Both the position numbers and the translations under genes were made by a program. Shown one piece after another: positions 63,257 to 64,000 of a stretch of DNA of 64,000 nt. Position 1 is the stretch's first letter; every line of letters starts with the position of its first letter. The stretch lies in the IMG/VR virus record IMGVR_UViG_3300044719_000048, positions 1-64,000 of that record, one strand, 5' to 3'. This DNA comes from a virus (lineage: Duplodnaviria > Caudoviricetes). The notes beneath the pieces are model-generated. The model ran no database searches. It saw nothing but the letters and a program-made list of their open reading frames with translations, and had not been told where the DNA came from.

Positions 63257-64000
63257 ATGCCTACTCCTCTTTTTATCCCAGCAACTCTCTATGACGGCCC
63301 GAACTCAGGGGCCGTCCTCGTTCCTTACGTAGACGCTCTACCACTGGCGCCTACAACAGGTAGGGCCTTGATCCTCGACCAACTGGTGGGTGTCAATGTG
63401 CCGGGCCTGTACGTCTACGACAACACGCAGGCGTGGCGCTACGCGCTGCCTATCGAAGCAGTGAGTGCCATCGTTGTCGGTGGAGATCAGTGCGATCTCT
63501 ACATCAACGTTTCGCAGACCTATAATCTGGGTTCGACCACCATCGTCTATCGCAACGGCCAGTTGCAGACCGGTCACGACGTGGTTCCCGCGAATGCCGT
63601 GTACGCTGTGAGGACACCTAGCCAAGCGTCGCAAGGTGCGGTGACGTCCGTGAACGGCAAGACCGGAATCGTGGTGTTGACTGCGCAAGACATAGGAGGC
63701 TTCGCCAATGTCGCTTACTCTGGCCTGTACTCTGACCTGATCGGCGCTCCTGGTCCGTACACGTTGCCCGCTGCCACAGGCTCTGCACTAGGCGGCGTAA
63801 TCGTCCCGTCGTCGTCGAACATTTCTATCGATAGTTCGGGCAATATCGATCTCAAGTCGACGGTGCTCACGAAGATCAACAATGCATTGACCGACGTGCA
63901 GAACGCAGGTACGGGCGCGTCACTGATTCTGTCGAAGGCCTCTGGCGTGGTGACGCTGAAGTCGCTGGCCGCAGGCTCCAATGTGACCATCACCGACAAC
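63257..64000 (+). CDS. fibre protein, 3'-truncated (paralogue of 11071; not in ORF track)
   Basis: AAGGAG RBS; open to window end; GLYVYDNTQAWRYALP, YTLPAATGSALGGVIVPSSSN, TLKSL. Confidence 0.85.
   Translation, partial: MPTPLFIPATLYDGPNSGAVLVPYVDALPLAPTTGRALILDQLVGVNVPGLYVYDNTQAWRYALPIEAVSAIVVGGDQCDLYINVSQTYNLGSTTIVYRNGQLQTGHDVVPANAVYAVRTPSQASQGAVTSVNGKTGIVVLTAQDIGGFANVAYSGLYSDLIGAPGPYTLPAATGSALGGVIVPSSSNISIDSSGNIDLKSTVLTKINNALTDVQNAGTGASLILSKASGVVTLKSLAAGSNVTITDN

Noticed and set aside
1-64000. tRNA/rRNA genes, integrase, IS elements, and a named phage or host assignment
   Set aside because: None recognisable by eye; taxonomy would need a database comparison of the capsid and sheath proteins

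Overview
This window is part of a large, GC-rich, lytic myovirus-type phage genome, probably a jumbo phage. The + strand (about 1-38.6 kb and 59.7-64 kb) carries virion and lysis genes: neck proteins, prohead protease, scaffold, capsid cement, major capsid protein, tail sheath and tube, several fibres, LamG lectins, a 1531-aa SNF2 ATPase, holin and a GH19 endolysin. The - strand (about 38.6-59.6 kb) carries a sigma70-driven early cassette and a replication/recombination block: DnaB, SF2 helicase, beta clamp, DnaX-like loader, SbcC/Rad50, Cas4-like nuclease, 5'-3' exonuclease and a DNA methyltransferase. The strongest unexplained signal is a roughly 10-aa peptide, [KQR]-[IV]-x-A-[AS]-x-R-L-x-A. 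It is shared by 22 mostly unrelated ORFs scattered through the virion operons, usually at the N-terminus. Their cargo includes two ADP-ribosyltransferase-like domains, a Nudix hydrolase, a T7 gp0.7-like kinase, three GNAT acetyltransferases, two DUF3175 proteins, a membrane protein and a five-member orphan family. I infer a modular capsid-targeting/protease-cleavage tag that loads an enzyme arsenal into the head for injection. Two candidate phage-specific promoter motifs separate the gene classes: AATTTNA before virion operons and GTAAATA mostly before replication genes. All protein calls come from motif recognition by eye; no database searches were run. I saw no tRNA, rRNA or CRISPR array.
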